From Ktedonobacteraceae bacterium (GTDB lineage Bacteria > Chloroflexota > Ktedonobacteria > Ktedonobacterales > Ktedonobacteraceae): a DNA stretch of 58,705 nt. The DNA lies in assembly GCA_035652815.1 (NCBI GenBank), contig DASRDB010000020.1:1-58705 (forward strand), in the 5' to 3' direction. The notes under the pieces were generated by a model. That model had not been told where the DNA came from. It was given only the letters and a program-made list of their open reading frames with translations, and made no database searches. A program made the translations under genes and the position numbers. Position 1 is the first letter of the stretch; the number at the start of each line of letters is the position of its first letter. Shown piece after piece: positions 8,258 to 17,910 of this stretch.

Positions 8258-9787
8258 ATGAAGATGGATAATCAGCATACCGGCCCGGACTGGCAAAATG
8301 CCAAAACCGGAGGCTGGAATGCTCCACCTGACATGGCTGACATGGATGACCTGTTTGACACCTCGGACCCGTTTTTGGTACCTGACCAGCAGCCAGATGC
8401 TGATCCCGAGACTTCGGAGGATGAAGCTGCTGAGGACTGGGCTGCTCCCCCGTTTTTCAGCAAGGAAAGCCTGGGACGGTTGGGCCGTCAGTTTTCTCCC
8501 GTACTCATTCCGATACCTTTTGCCCTGCTGATCTTTCTTTTTACGCTGCCCGCCCTGCTTCATAACTTTTCTCATCTGCCCTTGATTCCGCTGGTCAGCG
8601 CTCTGCTGGTGGTGGTGGTTCTCCAGGGAGTGGCCTTGTATTATGCCGGGGCGGACGATGGACGCTGGATGCTGTCCGTTGTTTCTGGCTATGCCCTTTT
8701 CCTGTTGATCTGGGCTTTTGCTCTCGGTGGGCTGCTCGGCAGCCTGCTGATGCTGGCCTTTCTGCTGATTATTGGCGGGGTTATAGGACGGCGCGCCATT
8801 CATGTCGTCTCAGAGGGGGCGGCGGATATCGTACTCAGCTTTGGTAAATATTCCCGTACCTTATTTCCTGGCCTCAATTTTCTGCTCCCCTGGGAGAAAG
8901 TGGCAACTCGTGTCAACACGCGAGAAATTACCTGGACGAGCAATGAGATTTCTATGCAGATCAGCCGCGACCAGGAGGCACGCATTGTGGTGGTCGTGAC
9001 GTATCAGGTATTGCCCGAAGACGCGCATCTCGTGGCGCTTCAGATGCAGGATTGGGAAGAGAGCCTGCACAAGCATTTTATCGCTATCATCAAGAGTGTT
9101 CTCAGCGAGTTGTCTCCCTCGGATTTTGTCGCCTGGGCGCATCATTTCCTTTCGCAAAACGATGCTGCGGATATCACCAATCCCAATATCGAGACGCGCT
9201 GGGATCGCATCAACGATGCGCTTACTATTCGTTTGCAGGATGAGGTGGCAGCGAAAGGCATTGCTATCCATATGGTGCATGTGCAGGATATTACGGTACC
9301 GCCCAGCCTTGCTCCGATAACCGGCCTGCACCCTGTTATGTCGCAAAGAGGAGTCGATACAACTATGCCTCGCGCTGCTGCTCAGGCCGCTCCGCAACCT
9401 CAGCCCGCACAGCAGCCTGCGCCTAAACCGGCGGCGGATAGGCCTGCGCCTTCGCCGCCATCTCCTATCATGCCCACGCCTGTTCCTGTACCCAGTCCTT
9501 CGATGTATGATTCCCTGATAGAGACCTATAAGTCGGTGCGGGCTGGAGTACTCACCAATCCTGATCTGATTGAGCAACTGGCCAATCGTTTTTACGCGAT
9601 TGCCAATGACGCGGAAGCCAGATCAACCTTTCCATATGACGCGCTGCGAGCGGCCAATGCTCTTTATCAACGCGCTCACGTGTTGCGCACCAGTCCGCCG
9701 CCAGCGCAGGGCGTACCGGTCCCGGCACGCGCCGAAAAAACCAGCCGGCCACCGGTGCCAAACGATAATCTCGCCGCAGGGGGATGA
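8258..9787 (+). CDS. membrane protein with SPFH/band-7-like domain and a Pro-rich C-terminal region
   Basis: N-terminal TM helices are followed by 'FLLPWEKVATRVNTREITWTS..ISMQISRDQEARIVVVVTYQV' (stomatin/HflK-like core). AGAGGAG RBS precedes the ATG at 8258. Confidence 0.5.
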   Translation: MKMDNQHTGPDWQNAKTGGWNAPPDMADMDDLFDTSDPFLVPDQQPDADPETSEDEAAEDWAAPPFFSKESLGRLGRQFSPVLIPIPFALLIFLFTLPALLHNFSHLPLIPLVSALLVVVVLQGVALYYAGADDGRWMLSVVSGYALFLLIWAFALGGLLGSLLMLAFLLIIGGVIGRRAIHVVSEGAADIVLSFGKYSRTLFPGLNFLLPWEKVATRVNTREITWTSNEISMQISRDQEARIVVVVTYQVLPEDAHLVALQMQDWEESLHKHFIAIIKSVLSELSPSDFVAWAHHFLSQNDAADITNPNIETRWDRINDALTIRLQDEVAAKGIAIHMVHVQDITVPPSLAPITGLHPVMSQRGVDTTMPRAAAQAAPQPQPAQQPAPKPAADRPAPSPPSPIMPTPVPVPSPSMYDSLIETYKSVRAGVLTNPDLIEQLANRFYAIANDAEARSTFPYDALRAANALYQRAHVLRTSPPPAQGVPVPARAEKTSRPPVPNDNLAAGG

Positions 9788-9868
9788 TCCATCCCCCTTT
9801 TGCAATACATCGGCTTCCCGGCGCGTCTTTATACTAAGCGCATTATAGGAAAAGAAGAGGGAAGAGTT

Positions 9869-12844
9869 ATGGCTCACGCTCTCGGCGTAGCGCGACGTGG
9901 TAGCGGTTGGTCTTTGACGATGGCGGTCTTTACCCTGGCTTCGCAGCATGTTCGTCAGGCCTGGGGATTGCTTTTGTTGATCGCGCTGGGTATTTTGTCC
10001 GCTATAACATTGGTCTGCGCCATTCCACTGTATGCAGAGGTAGCCATGAGCGCCGGATTGCGCGGCACCCTCGCCAGTTACGCGCAAAATGGCGATATAG
10101 TCGTCAGCAGCGTCTCGAAAGCGGTTTCGCTTGCTGCTACCGTACAGGCAACCAGGCATCTCGACCAGGAATTTTCACGCAACCTGGGGCCATATCTCAG
10201 CGGCACAGCCGAGTTCGCGGTCGAGTCGCAGACACTTAGTATCGCATCAACCCATGATAGTGACAAAATCAATCTCACCGGCTTTCCCATGCAGGATGCG
10301 CTCCCACATGCCCATCTCTTGCAAGGACGTTTACCCCTGGCAAATAGCAGCGCATTGGAGATTGCCTTGCGACCTGAAGAGGCGAAGGGTCTCGGCGTCT
10401 CAGTTGGTTCGACCCTCCTGGTCGATGCGAACATGCTGGATAACGCCGCAGGTCTTGTAAAAGTACCTCTTCCCTTGTCCGTTGTTGGCATTTTCAACCT
10501 CGCCTCTCCCGATGATCCGTTCTGGCATGGCAACGATTTTCTCGGCTCCTCACCCGATAACAATACGGCCTATTATGGCGCGCTGGCCTCTACCTCGACG
10601 CTGCTCTCCTATCTCTACAAGCTATCAAGCCCTACGCCCTCGGTGGTTCGCCTGTATTATAGCGGTTTCCCCAATCTGCTCTGGTATTTTCATCTCGATA
10701 TCTCACGCATTACCATTCATGATTTAAACAGCATTACGCGTGGCATTCACAACGTCGAAGTTGACGCGACGAATGATATTGCCATGTACCAGCAGCCTTT
10801 TGTGCTTCAGCCTCAGGTATTTCTGGGGTCTGACGTGTTGCAGGCATACAGTGATCGTATCTCTATTGCTCAGATGCCGATTGCCAGCTTTTTGCTACTC
10901 GTTTTCCTGCTCATCCTCTTTTTTATTGCCCTGATGGTCTCGTTGCTGGTTGAACGACATGCCGAGACGATTGCCTTACTGCGCAGTCGAGGAGCGAGTC
11001 GCAAGCAAATTTTTGGCGCGCTGAGTATGCAAGGTGTGTTGCTCTGCCTGCTGGCCCTGGCAATCGGGCCATTCCTGGCTGTTCCCCTCACTACCCTGCT
11101 GGTGCAGCAAACGCTTCCCGCGAGCGATTCGGGATCGCTAAATTTGCTTGCTGGAAGCCCCTGGAGTATTGCCCTGGGAGTGTCTGGTTATGCGCTGGCA
11201 GCGGCGCTGGTGGTTCTGGTCGCCTTTAGTCTGGCTGTTTTGAGCGCGACTCGCCAGGATACGCTGGCTTTAAAACGCGAGACGGCTCGTCCTACAGTGC
11301 GCCCGCTCTGGCAGCGCCTGAACCTGGATCTGGGAATTGCGCTGCTTGCCCTGGTTGGCTTTGCCTGTATCGTGTATCTGGAAAGCGGCGTTATTCAGGA
11401 TACGCGCCAGCGCCTGTTGCTGCTTTCGCCGCTCTCCCTGTTGCAGGCGGTATGCCTATTGCTGGCGGTGACGCTGCTGTTATTGCGTATCCTGCCCCGG
11501 CTGTTGAGGGGTGGCGCGTGGTTGGCGGCGCGAAGGCGAGGCGCGACATCTCTGCTGGCGCTGGCGCAAATCTCCCGCACTCCCAGGCACGCGAGTCGCA
11601 TTACGCTCCTGCTTGCCCTGAGCATCGCCCTGGCGATCTTCACGCTCGTCTTCAACGCCTCGCAGTTCCAGCGCGTCTTCGATATCGCGGACTACCAGGC
11701 GGGAGCGGATTTCAGCGGCGAGATTCCATCAAGCATCTACACGCCGCAGCAGTTGGGGGCCGTTACAGCCAGCTACCGCCGCATTCCTGGCGTAACAGGA
11801 GCTTCGCTTGGCTTTACGCGCCAGGTTGTGACGGGCGGCTCGAATCTGAGTGTGAAGGTTGATTTTCGGGCCGTTGATAGCAACACCTTTACCTCGGCAA
11901 CGCTCTGGCCTCAGGAAGATGGCGTCCCGAATGCTTTATTTAAGCAGCTTGCCAGCAGCCATTCCCCGGCGGTGAATAGTGGTGCGCTGCCTGCCATTGT
12001 TGATGCCAATACCTGGAATGCCCTGCACCTCGCGGGCGGCGCGCATTTCTCGCTCAGCTTCTCGCGGGTCGATCCGAACCTGGACGTGGTGAACTTTGTG
12101 GCGATTGCTCAGGTGCCGGATATTCCGACGCCGGGCGATACCAGTATGCCGGTGGTCATCGCCGATTATTTGTCCTTTGCCCGGGTCTACACGCACAACT
12201 TCACTACTGCGAGTGGCTACGATGTCCCCTTGAACTACGTCTGGCTGCGCTCTAACAGCGATGAACTTGCCCTTGCCAGCGTGCGCTCGGCACTACAGAG
12301 GGGAGCATTGCGTCTCTCGCCGCTCTACGACCGGCGAGCCATCGCCGCAACCCTCTCCTACGAGCCGCTGAATCTGGCCCTGTTTGGGACGCTGGCCTCT
12401 GGGGTCGCGGTCGCGCTGCTGCTGGCCTTGATCGGCGACCTGGTTGCCTCGTGGCAGAGCGTGCGCAATCGCCTCGCACAATTTGCCCTGCTGCGCGCTC
12501 TGGGAGCGACACCCAGGCAGTTAGTGGCTGTTCTCGCCTGGGAACAGGGGATTATTTATGGTGCGGCTCTGCTCCTGGGCGTCTTATTTGGCATAGTACT
12601 GTCTCTGACCGTGTTGCCCTCGCTGGTCTTCTCTACCGTCCTGCCGAACCAGTTGACGGGCGGTGTGGGTACAGGCGACTTTTATGCCATCCAGAGCGTA
12701 CCACCCATTCGCGTAATTATTCCAACAACGCTTTTCCCTGGCTTCGCGCTGCTGGTCGGCGTGTGCGGAATTGCGCTGGGCATGATGATTTTCGTTGTTG
12801 CGCGCCCTTCGCCCGCGCAGGTAATGCGACAGGATGAAGAATAA
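9869..12844 (+). CDS. ABC transporter permease, duplicated FtsX/MacB-like family (~990 aa)
   Basis: Two halves each contain TM1, a large extracytoplasmic domain and 3 TMs, with the FtsX-type block 'LLVERHAETIALLRSRGASRKQIF'. The ATG at 9869 follows a GAGGG RBS. It is a paralog of 13827..16811. Confidence 0.75.
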   Translation: MAHALGVARRGSGWSLTMAVFTLASQHVRQAWGLLLLIALGILSAITLVCAIPLYAEVAMSAGLRGTLASYAQNGDIVVSSVSKAVSLAATVQATRHLDQEFSRNLGPYLSGTAEFAVESQTLSIASTHDSDKINLTGFPMQDALPHAHLLQGRLPLANSSALEIALRPEEAKGLGVSVGSTLLVDANMLDNAAGLVKVPLPLSVVGIFNLASPDDPFWHGNDFLGSSPDNNTAYYGALASTSTLLSYLYKLSSPTPSVVRLYYSGFPNLLWYFHLDISRITIHDLNSITRGIHNVEVDATNDIAMYQQPFVLQPQVFLGSDVLQAYSDRISIAQMPIASFLLLVFLLILFFIALMVSLLVERHAETIALLRSRGASRKQIFGALSMQGVLLCLLALAIGPFLAVPLTTLLVQQTLPASDSGSLNLLAGSPWSIALGVSGYALAAALVVLVAFSLAVLSATRQDTLALKRETARPTVRPLWQRLNLDLGIALLALVGFACIVYLESGVIQDTRQRLLLLSPLSLLQAVCLLLAVTLLLLRILPRLLRGGAWLAARRRGATSLLALAQISRTPRHASRITLLLALSIALAIFTLVFNASQFQRVFDIADYQAGADFSGEIPSSIYTPQQLGAVTASYRRIPGVTGASLGFTRQVVTGGSNLSVKVDFRAVDSNTFTSATLWPQEDGVPNALFKQLASSHSPAVNSGALPAIVDANTWNALHLAGGAHFSLSFSRVDPNLDVVNFVAIAQVPDIPTPGDTSMPVVIADYLSFARVYTHNFTTASGYDVPLNYVWLRSNSDELALASVRSALQRGALRLSPLYDRRAIAATLSYEPLNLALFGTLASGVAVALLLALIGDLVASWQSVRNRLAQFALLRALGATPRQLVAVLAWEQGIIYGAALLLGVLFGIVLSLTVLPSLVFSTVLPNQLTGGVGTGDFYAIQSVPPIRVIIPTTLFPGFALLVGVCGIALGMMIFVVARPSPAQVMRQDEE

Positions 12845-12863
12845 GCTTGTAAAGAGGTTAGAT

Positions 12864-13826
12864 ATGCCGGAACCGCTCATTATTTGTGATAACCTGGTAA
12901 AGATTTATAAAGTGGCCGACCTTGAGGTTGTGGCGCTGCAGGGGCTTGATTTAGAGGTTATGCCTGGGGAGATGATGGCGCTGGTGGGCGCGTCCGGCTC
13001 CGGCAAAAGCACGCTGCTCAATATTCTGGGCGGGTTGGATACGCCCAGCGCCGGAAAATGCATCGTTGATGGAAACGACCTGACGCGGCTGAACGAGGCG
13101 CAGCGCATTCGCTATCGCCGCTTTGTGGTGGGGCATGTCTGGCAGCAGAGCGGGCGCAACCTGCTGCCGGATTTAAGTATCGCCGCCAATATCGAGGAAC
13201 CCATGATGCTGAGCGGCGTAGGTTTGGGACGGCGCAGGCAGCGCGCCTACGAGTTGCTTGAACTGCTTGGTTTGAAGGGCATGGAGAAGAAAAAACCGGA
13301 CCAGCTTTCAGGTGGCGAGCAACAGCGTGTGGCCATCGGGGTTGCCCTGGCGAACGAGCCGCGCCTGCTGCTGGCAGATGAGCCAACTGGCGAACTGGAC
13401 TCGGCGACCGCCCATGATATCCTGCAATTGCTGCGCGACCTCAACCGCCAGCTTGGCCTGACCATCATCATCGTCACGCATGACCAGGCCATTGCCGCCG
13501 AAGTTGATCGCACTATTGCCATTCGCGATGGGCGCACCAGCACCGAAACAGTACGCCGCGAGAAGCCATTGGAGGCCGTTGAGCAGGATATGACAGCGGC
13601 CAGCGCCATCATCGGACTCCCCGGCGAGACGCATCGCGAGTCGATTCTCATCGACCGCGCCGGACGCCTGCAACTGCCGAAGCAGGCCATCGAGCTGTAT
13701 CCATTTAATGGTCGCGCCGAGGTACGCTACGCCGCCGATCACGTCGAGTTGTGGCCGCTTGAGGGAAAGATGAATGGGGCCGGGCAGGAAACAGGCAATC
13801 TCGCCGTTCAAGAGGAGAGCAGGTAA
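12864..13826 (+). CDS. ABC transporter ATP-binding protein (MacB/LolD-like NBD with a ~90-aa C-terminal extension)
   Basis: Walker A 'GASGSGKST', signature 'LSGGEQQRV', Walker B 'LLLADEPTGELD', H-loop 'IIVTHD'. AAAGAGG RBS precedes the ATG. Confidence 0.85.
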   Translation: MPEPLIICDNLVKIYKVADLEVVALQGLDLEVMPGEMMALVGASGSGKSTLLNILGGLDTPSAGKCIVDGNDLTRLNEAQRIRYRRFVVGHVWQQSGRNLLPDLSIAANIEEPMMLSGVGLGRRRQRAYELLELLGLKGMEKKKPDQLSGGEQQRVAIGVALANEPRLLLADEPTGELDSATAHDILQLLRDLNRQLGLTIIIVTHDQAIAAEVDRTIAIRDGRTSTETVRREKPLEAVEQDMTAASAIIGLPGETHRESILIDRAGRLQLPKQAIELYPFNGRAEVRYAADHVELWPLEGKMNGAGQETGNLAVQEESR

Positions 13827-16811
13827 ATGGCTGCAACCACTTCTGCCCCCGCTCTTTCTCCCCGCGCATCGCGGGCGCTTGTCCCGCCAACTATTACGCT
13901 GGCCTTTCAGCGTTTGCGCGAGGTCTGGGGCCTGTTGCTGGTGACCGGGCTTGGTATGCTCTCGGCAGTGGTGCTGGTCTGCGCCGTTCCGCTCTACTCG
14001 CAGGTTGCCATGACCGCCGGAATGCGCAGCGTCCTGGCCTCTTTCTCGCAGAACGATGATATCGTAGTGCGCACGCGCCCCAGCCTGGTCTCCACCCAGG
14101 TGATCGATGCCACCACACAGCAGCTCGCTCAAGAAATGCGCCGCAACCTGGGAACGTTCCTCGCGCCCCCGCAAATCTCCATTCAGACGCAGCTTTTGAA
14201 TATCCTGAGAAATAGCTCAACTGGCGGCTTGCAGCCCTTTGGCGGACAGATAGCGCTGATAAGTTCATCGATGGATGAAGCGCCCGCTCACGCGCAGGTG
14301 CTGGCGGGTCGGCTTCCACAGACGCTGGGCCAGAACATCGAGATTGCCATCACGCCAGATACAGCCATACATTTAGGCGTCTCGGTAGGAACAATACTCC
14401 CGGTAAGCCTGCTGCTGATTACCGGTTCAGGGCATGAAAGCCAGGTGGTGTTGAACCTGCATATTGTGGGCATTTTTACTCCTAACCAGAACGATCCTTT
14501 CTGGCATGGCAATGATTTCTCTGTCGCGTATAATTTTTATGCCCTGGTCTCGACACAGACAATTTTGAACGCGCTGAATACCATCTCAAACCAGGCTTCG
14601 CAGCATTTGCAGGCCTTTGAGGAATCGCCCGACCTGCTGTGGTATTATTCCCTGGATACTTCGCGCATCAGCGTCAATGACCTGGATACGATAATCGCCG
14701 GGCTGCAAAACGTGCAGATTGACAATGCCAACAGCTCGCAGCTACAGCAGCCGCCCTTTCTCCAGGAGACCACAACTTCGACGCTTTCGCTGCCCGTTCT
14801 GCAAAGCTTTCACAGTCGGCTCTCCATCGCACAGTTGCCGGTGAGCGCCCTTTCGGTGTTGATGCTGGCGCTGGTGTTGTTATTCGTCAGCATGATGGCA
14901 ACCCTGCTGGTCGAACGGCAGGGTGAGACGATTGCAGTTTTGCGCAGCCGGGGAGCGAGCCGCCGCCAGGTCTTTGGCTCAGTGCTGGCGCAGAGTATTG
15001 GCCTGGGAATACTGGCCCTGCTTGTAGGGCCAGTATTAGCCATTCTGATCGTTTACTGGCTCGCTCAAGTATTGCTGTCCAGCGCAAATGCCAGCGCATT
15101 CAACATCATCACCGGGAATATGCCTGCTGTCCTGGCGCTCATCGTTCCATTTGCGCTGCTTACTATAGGTATTGCGTTGCTCGCGGTGGTCTTTGCCGTA
15201 TTTAGCGCGACACAGAGAGATGTGCTGGCTATCCGGCGCGAAGCGGCACGTTCGACCCGCCGTCCTCTGTGGCAGCGTCTAAACCTGGATCTGCTGGCTG
15301 TCGTGCTTGCCCTGGTCGCTGCCGGGGTCTCGATCTATCTTACACGCTCGGGCGTGCTTGACCAACATTTGCGCCTGCTCCTGCTCTCGCCGCTTACGTT
15401 AGCCGAAGCGCTCTGTATCTTGCTGGCGGGTTTATTGCTTTTGCTGCGCGGCTTCCCCCGGTTGTTGGGCCTGGGAGCATGGCTGGCGAATCGGCGGCGC
15501 GGCGCGTCCTCTATGCTGGCCCTTGCCCAGGTGTCACGCGCTCCACAACAGGCCACGCGCATGACTTTGCTGCTGGCCCTGGCGAGTGCCTTCGCCATCT
15601 TTACCCTGATCTTCAGCGCCTCACAGACGCAGCGCGTGCAGGATGTCTCGCGTTATCAGGCCGGGGCGGATTTCAGCGGCCCCATCCCTGTCACCGTCTA
15701 CTCCTCACAGGAGATAGACCGCGTCACTCGCCTCTATAAGCGGATTCCAGGCGTCACCTCAGCAACGCTCGGCAACGTAGTGCAGGCCGAAGCTGGCAGT
15801 GCCTCGGCTCCTATCAATATCAATGTGCAGTCGGTGGACGCCAATACCTTTGCCGGTACAGGTCTCTGGACATCTCAAGATGCCTCGCAATCGCTCTCCT
15901 CGTTGATGGCGCAATTGCGCAACTTGCGTTCTGAGGCTATCACAAGTAGCGTGGTGCCTGCTATTGTGGATGCCAATACCTGGGACACGCTGCATCTTTC
16001 CGCCGGAACCGGCTTCACCCTTAAATTTCCCTCGATTGACTATTCTGCGGTGATGCATTTTATCGCGGTGGCAGAAGTGCAGCATATTCCAACACCCGGG
16101 GATAGCAGCGAACCGGAAATATTGACGGACTATCGCACCTTCGCCGAGACCTTTTCCAGCTTCTTGAGCAGCGGCGCGCTGTCGTTACCCATCAACTATG
16201 TCTGGCTGCGCACCCGCGATGATGCTCGCTCCCTGGCGAGTGTGCGCAAAGTCCTGAGCGATGGCGCGCTGCGTCTTTCCCCGCTCTATGACCGGCGCGC
16301 GATTGCCGAAACACTCTATTCCGAGCCGCTTTATCTCACGCTGATCGGCATTCTCGAACTTGGCGCGCTGGTGGCCTTGCTACTGGCCTTGATAGGCAAT
16401 CTCGTCTCTTCGTGGCTCAGTGCCCGCGCCCGCCTGACCAGCTTCGCCATCCTGCGCGCTCTAGGAGCCACTCCGTGTCAGATTGCCAGCGTCCTCACCT
16501 GGGAGCAGGGCATGATTTATGCCGCCGCGCTTCTCCTGGGCGTAATATCTGGATTCCTGCTCGCATTCCTTGCCTTGCCCGGACTGATTTTCTCAAGCGT
16601 GCTGCCCAACCAGTTCGCGGGCGATGTCTCGACCACCAGCGCGGATTTCTACGCCGCGCAGAACACGCCGCCCATCCAGATCATCACCCCGCCCTCTCTC
16701 TGGATTGCCCTGGGCGTGCTGGTTGTCATTTGTGTTATCGCGCTTGCGCTAATGATGTTCGTCGTGTCGCGGCCTACGCTCAGTCAAGCTTTGAGGCTTA
16801 ATGAGGATTGA
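13827..16811 (+). CDS. ABC transporter permease, duplicated FtsX/MacB-like family (paralog of 9869..12844)
   Basis: Shares 'NDPFWHGNDF', 'LVERQGETIAVLRSRGASRRQVF' and 'RPLWQRLNLDL' with the first permease. Its start codon directly abuts the ATPase stop. Confidence 0.75.
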   Translation: MAATTSAPALSPRASRALVPPTITLAFQRLREVWGLLLVTGLGMLSAVVLVCAVPLYSQVAMTAGMRSVLASFSQNDDIVVRTRPSLVSTQVIDATTQQLAQEMRRNLGTFLAPPQISIQTQLLNILRNSSTGGLQPFGGQIALISSSMDEAPAHAQVLAGRLPQTLGQNIEIAITPDTAIHLGVSVGTILPVSLLLITGSGHESQVVLNLHIVGIFTPNQNDPFWHGNDFSVAYNFYALVSTQTILNALNTISNQASQHLQAFEESPDLLWYYSLDTSRISVNDLDTIIAGLQNVQIDNANSSQLQQPPFLQETTTSTLSLPVLQSFHSRLSIAQLPVSALSVLMLALVLLFVSMMATLLVERQGETIAVLRSRGASRRQVFGSVLAQSIGLGILALLVGPVLAILIVYWLAQVLLSSANASAFNIITGNMPAVLALIVPFALLTIGIALLAVVFAVFSATQRDVLAIRREAARSTRRPLWQRLNLDLLAVVLALVAAGVSIYLTRSGVLDQHLRLLLLSPLTLAEALCILLAGLLLLLRGFPRLLGLGAWLANRRRGASSMLALAQVSRAPQQATRMTLLLALASAFAIFTLIFSASQTQRVQDVSRYQAGADFSGPIPVTVYSSQEIDRVTRLYKRIPGVTSATLGNVVQAEAGSASAPININVQSVDANTFAGTGLWTSQDASQSLSSLMAQLRNLRSEAITSSVVPAIVDANTWDTLHLSAGTGFTLKFPSIDYSAVMHFIAVAEVQHIPTPGDSSEPEILTDYRTFAETFSSFLSSGALSLPINYVWLRTRDDARSLASVRKVLSDGALRLSPLYDRRAIAETLYSEPLYLTLIGILELGALVALLLALIGNLVSSWLSARARLTSFAILRALGATPCQIASVLTWEQGMIYAAALLLGVISGFLLAFLALPGLIFSSVLPNQFAGDVSTTSADFYAAQNTPPIQIITPPSLWIALGVLVVICVIALALMMFVVSRPTLSQALRLNED

Positions 16812-17232
16812 TGGTTTCGATAATGCGTTGATGGAGCGTTTCCCAAGGGTGAGCAGGAAGTACAGGAACATTGTGCGCCTGTGCTTCTCGTTGCAGCCAT
16901 TGCCCATAGAGATGACTTGCCTTTTTGAGCGCGGAAGAAACGACTTTCGCTACTCCAATCCAGCCCTCACATAGTTCCTCGGGCGTTCTTTGCCATATTG
17001 CCGGGTCGGTCATAAAAAAATACAAATCCAGCTGCTGCGCTGATGTTGTTACTTGCAACGCCATACGTATATCATCGGCGAGCAAGACAGAGACACCCCA
17101 TTGGTGAGCAAGCGCCCTTGATACTCTTGTCTTGCCGACGCCTGCGTTGCCGCCGAGCAATAGGACGCGCCAGGGAGGTTGGATTGGTGATTGCATATTT
17201 TTATGAATTTTCTTCTTCGACTTCTTCAACAA
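16798..17232 (-). CDS. small P-loop NTPase (kinase/AAA-like), possibly truncated
   Basis: Walker A 'LLGGNAGVGKT' and a Walker B-like 'VLLADD'. Overlaps neighbouring genes at both ends. Start uncertain (17232 or 17196). Confidence 0.35.
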   Translation of the reverse strand: MLKKSKKKIHKNMQSPIQPPWRVLLLGGNAGVGKTRVSRALAHQWGVSVLLADDIRMALQVTTSAQQLDLYFFMTDPAIWQRTPEELCEGWIGVAKVVSSALKKASHLYGQWLQREAQAHNVPVLPAHPWETLHQRIIETINPH

Positions 17233-17794
17233 GCGCGGGAATAGTTAAACGCCGGTATAGCTGACTGACCTCAATTGAAATGTCCAGGCTTTTCAGGAAA
17301 AAGCTTTGCCCTGCTCCATATTGTTGATAGAGCCAGTCCGTTGCAGCGCGTGAGAAGACTTCGACACGCTGAACTGTCTGGCTGATAAAGATAATTTCCT
17401 GGATGCTTTCTTTTGCCTGATATAGCCCCAGCTTTATGAAGCGGTTGGCCATCTCCGTTGACCGTGAAAGAACCTCGACAACCAGGATTGGTGAATCGAT
17501 GATTTGCGACTCCCCATGATCTGCTATGTCGCAGGAAACGACGACATCAGGAATCAATATCTTTGACGGGGCTACACGCACCAGCTTATCAGCGACATAG
17601 GGACGACGGACAGCGTCATCTCCCAATGCCTGGTCAAGCGCGATCGCACAATTGAGGGCAATCGTGGCGTGATTTGACGTTCCGCCTGCCATAAGGCGTG
17701 CTTCGCCGTCGTAGTATTCGTAGCGCCGTTCGGAATTTCTGACAAGGAGCAGATACTGCTCAAGCGTTATGCCTTGCTGCCCTGGTTGCATTGC
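17201..17794 (-). CDS. Uma2-family (DUF820) putative restriction-like endonuclease
   Basis: 'ITLEQYLLL...RYEYYDGE', 'PDVVV', 'ILVVEVLS' (PD-(D/E)xK-like) and 'EIIFI' are typical Uma2 blocks. A GAGGGG RBS precedes the internal ATG at 17794. Confidence 0.7.
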   Translation of the reverse strand, partial: AMQPGQQGITLEQYLLLVRNSERRYEYYDGEARLMAGGTSNHATIALNCAIALDQALGDDAVRRPYVADKLVRVAPSKILIPDVVVSCDIADHGESQIIDSPILVVEVLSRSTEMANRFIKLGLYQAKESIQEIIFISQTVQRVEVFSRAATDWLYQQYGAGQSFFLKSLDISIEVSQLYRRLTIPALVEEVEEENS

Positions 17795-17910
17795 CATAAA
17801 ACCCCTCATATATCCACATGTGAGTGAGACCACCACTATTATATGCAGACGAGGGTGTTTTGGCAACAAAGTCTGCAATTCAATAGCCTTTTTCCATCGC
17901 TCCTGCCTTT

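Noticed and set aside
13308-14319. Long minus-strand ORFs (288 aa and 141 aa) across the ABC ATPase/permease junction
   Set aside because: They are antisense to well-supported ABC genes. The Arg/Ala-rich composition is typical of GC-rich antisense frames.
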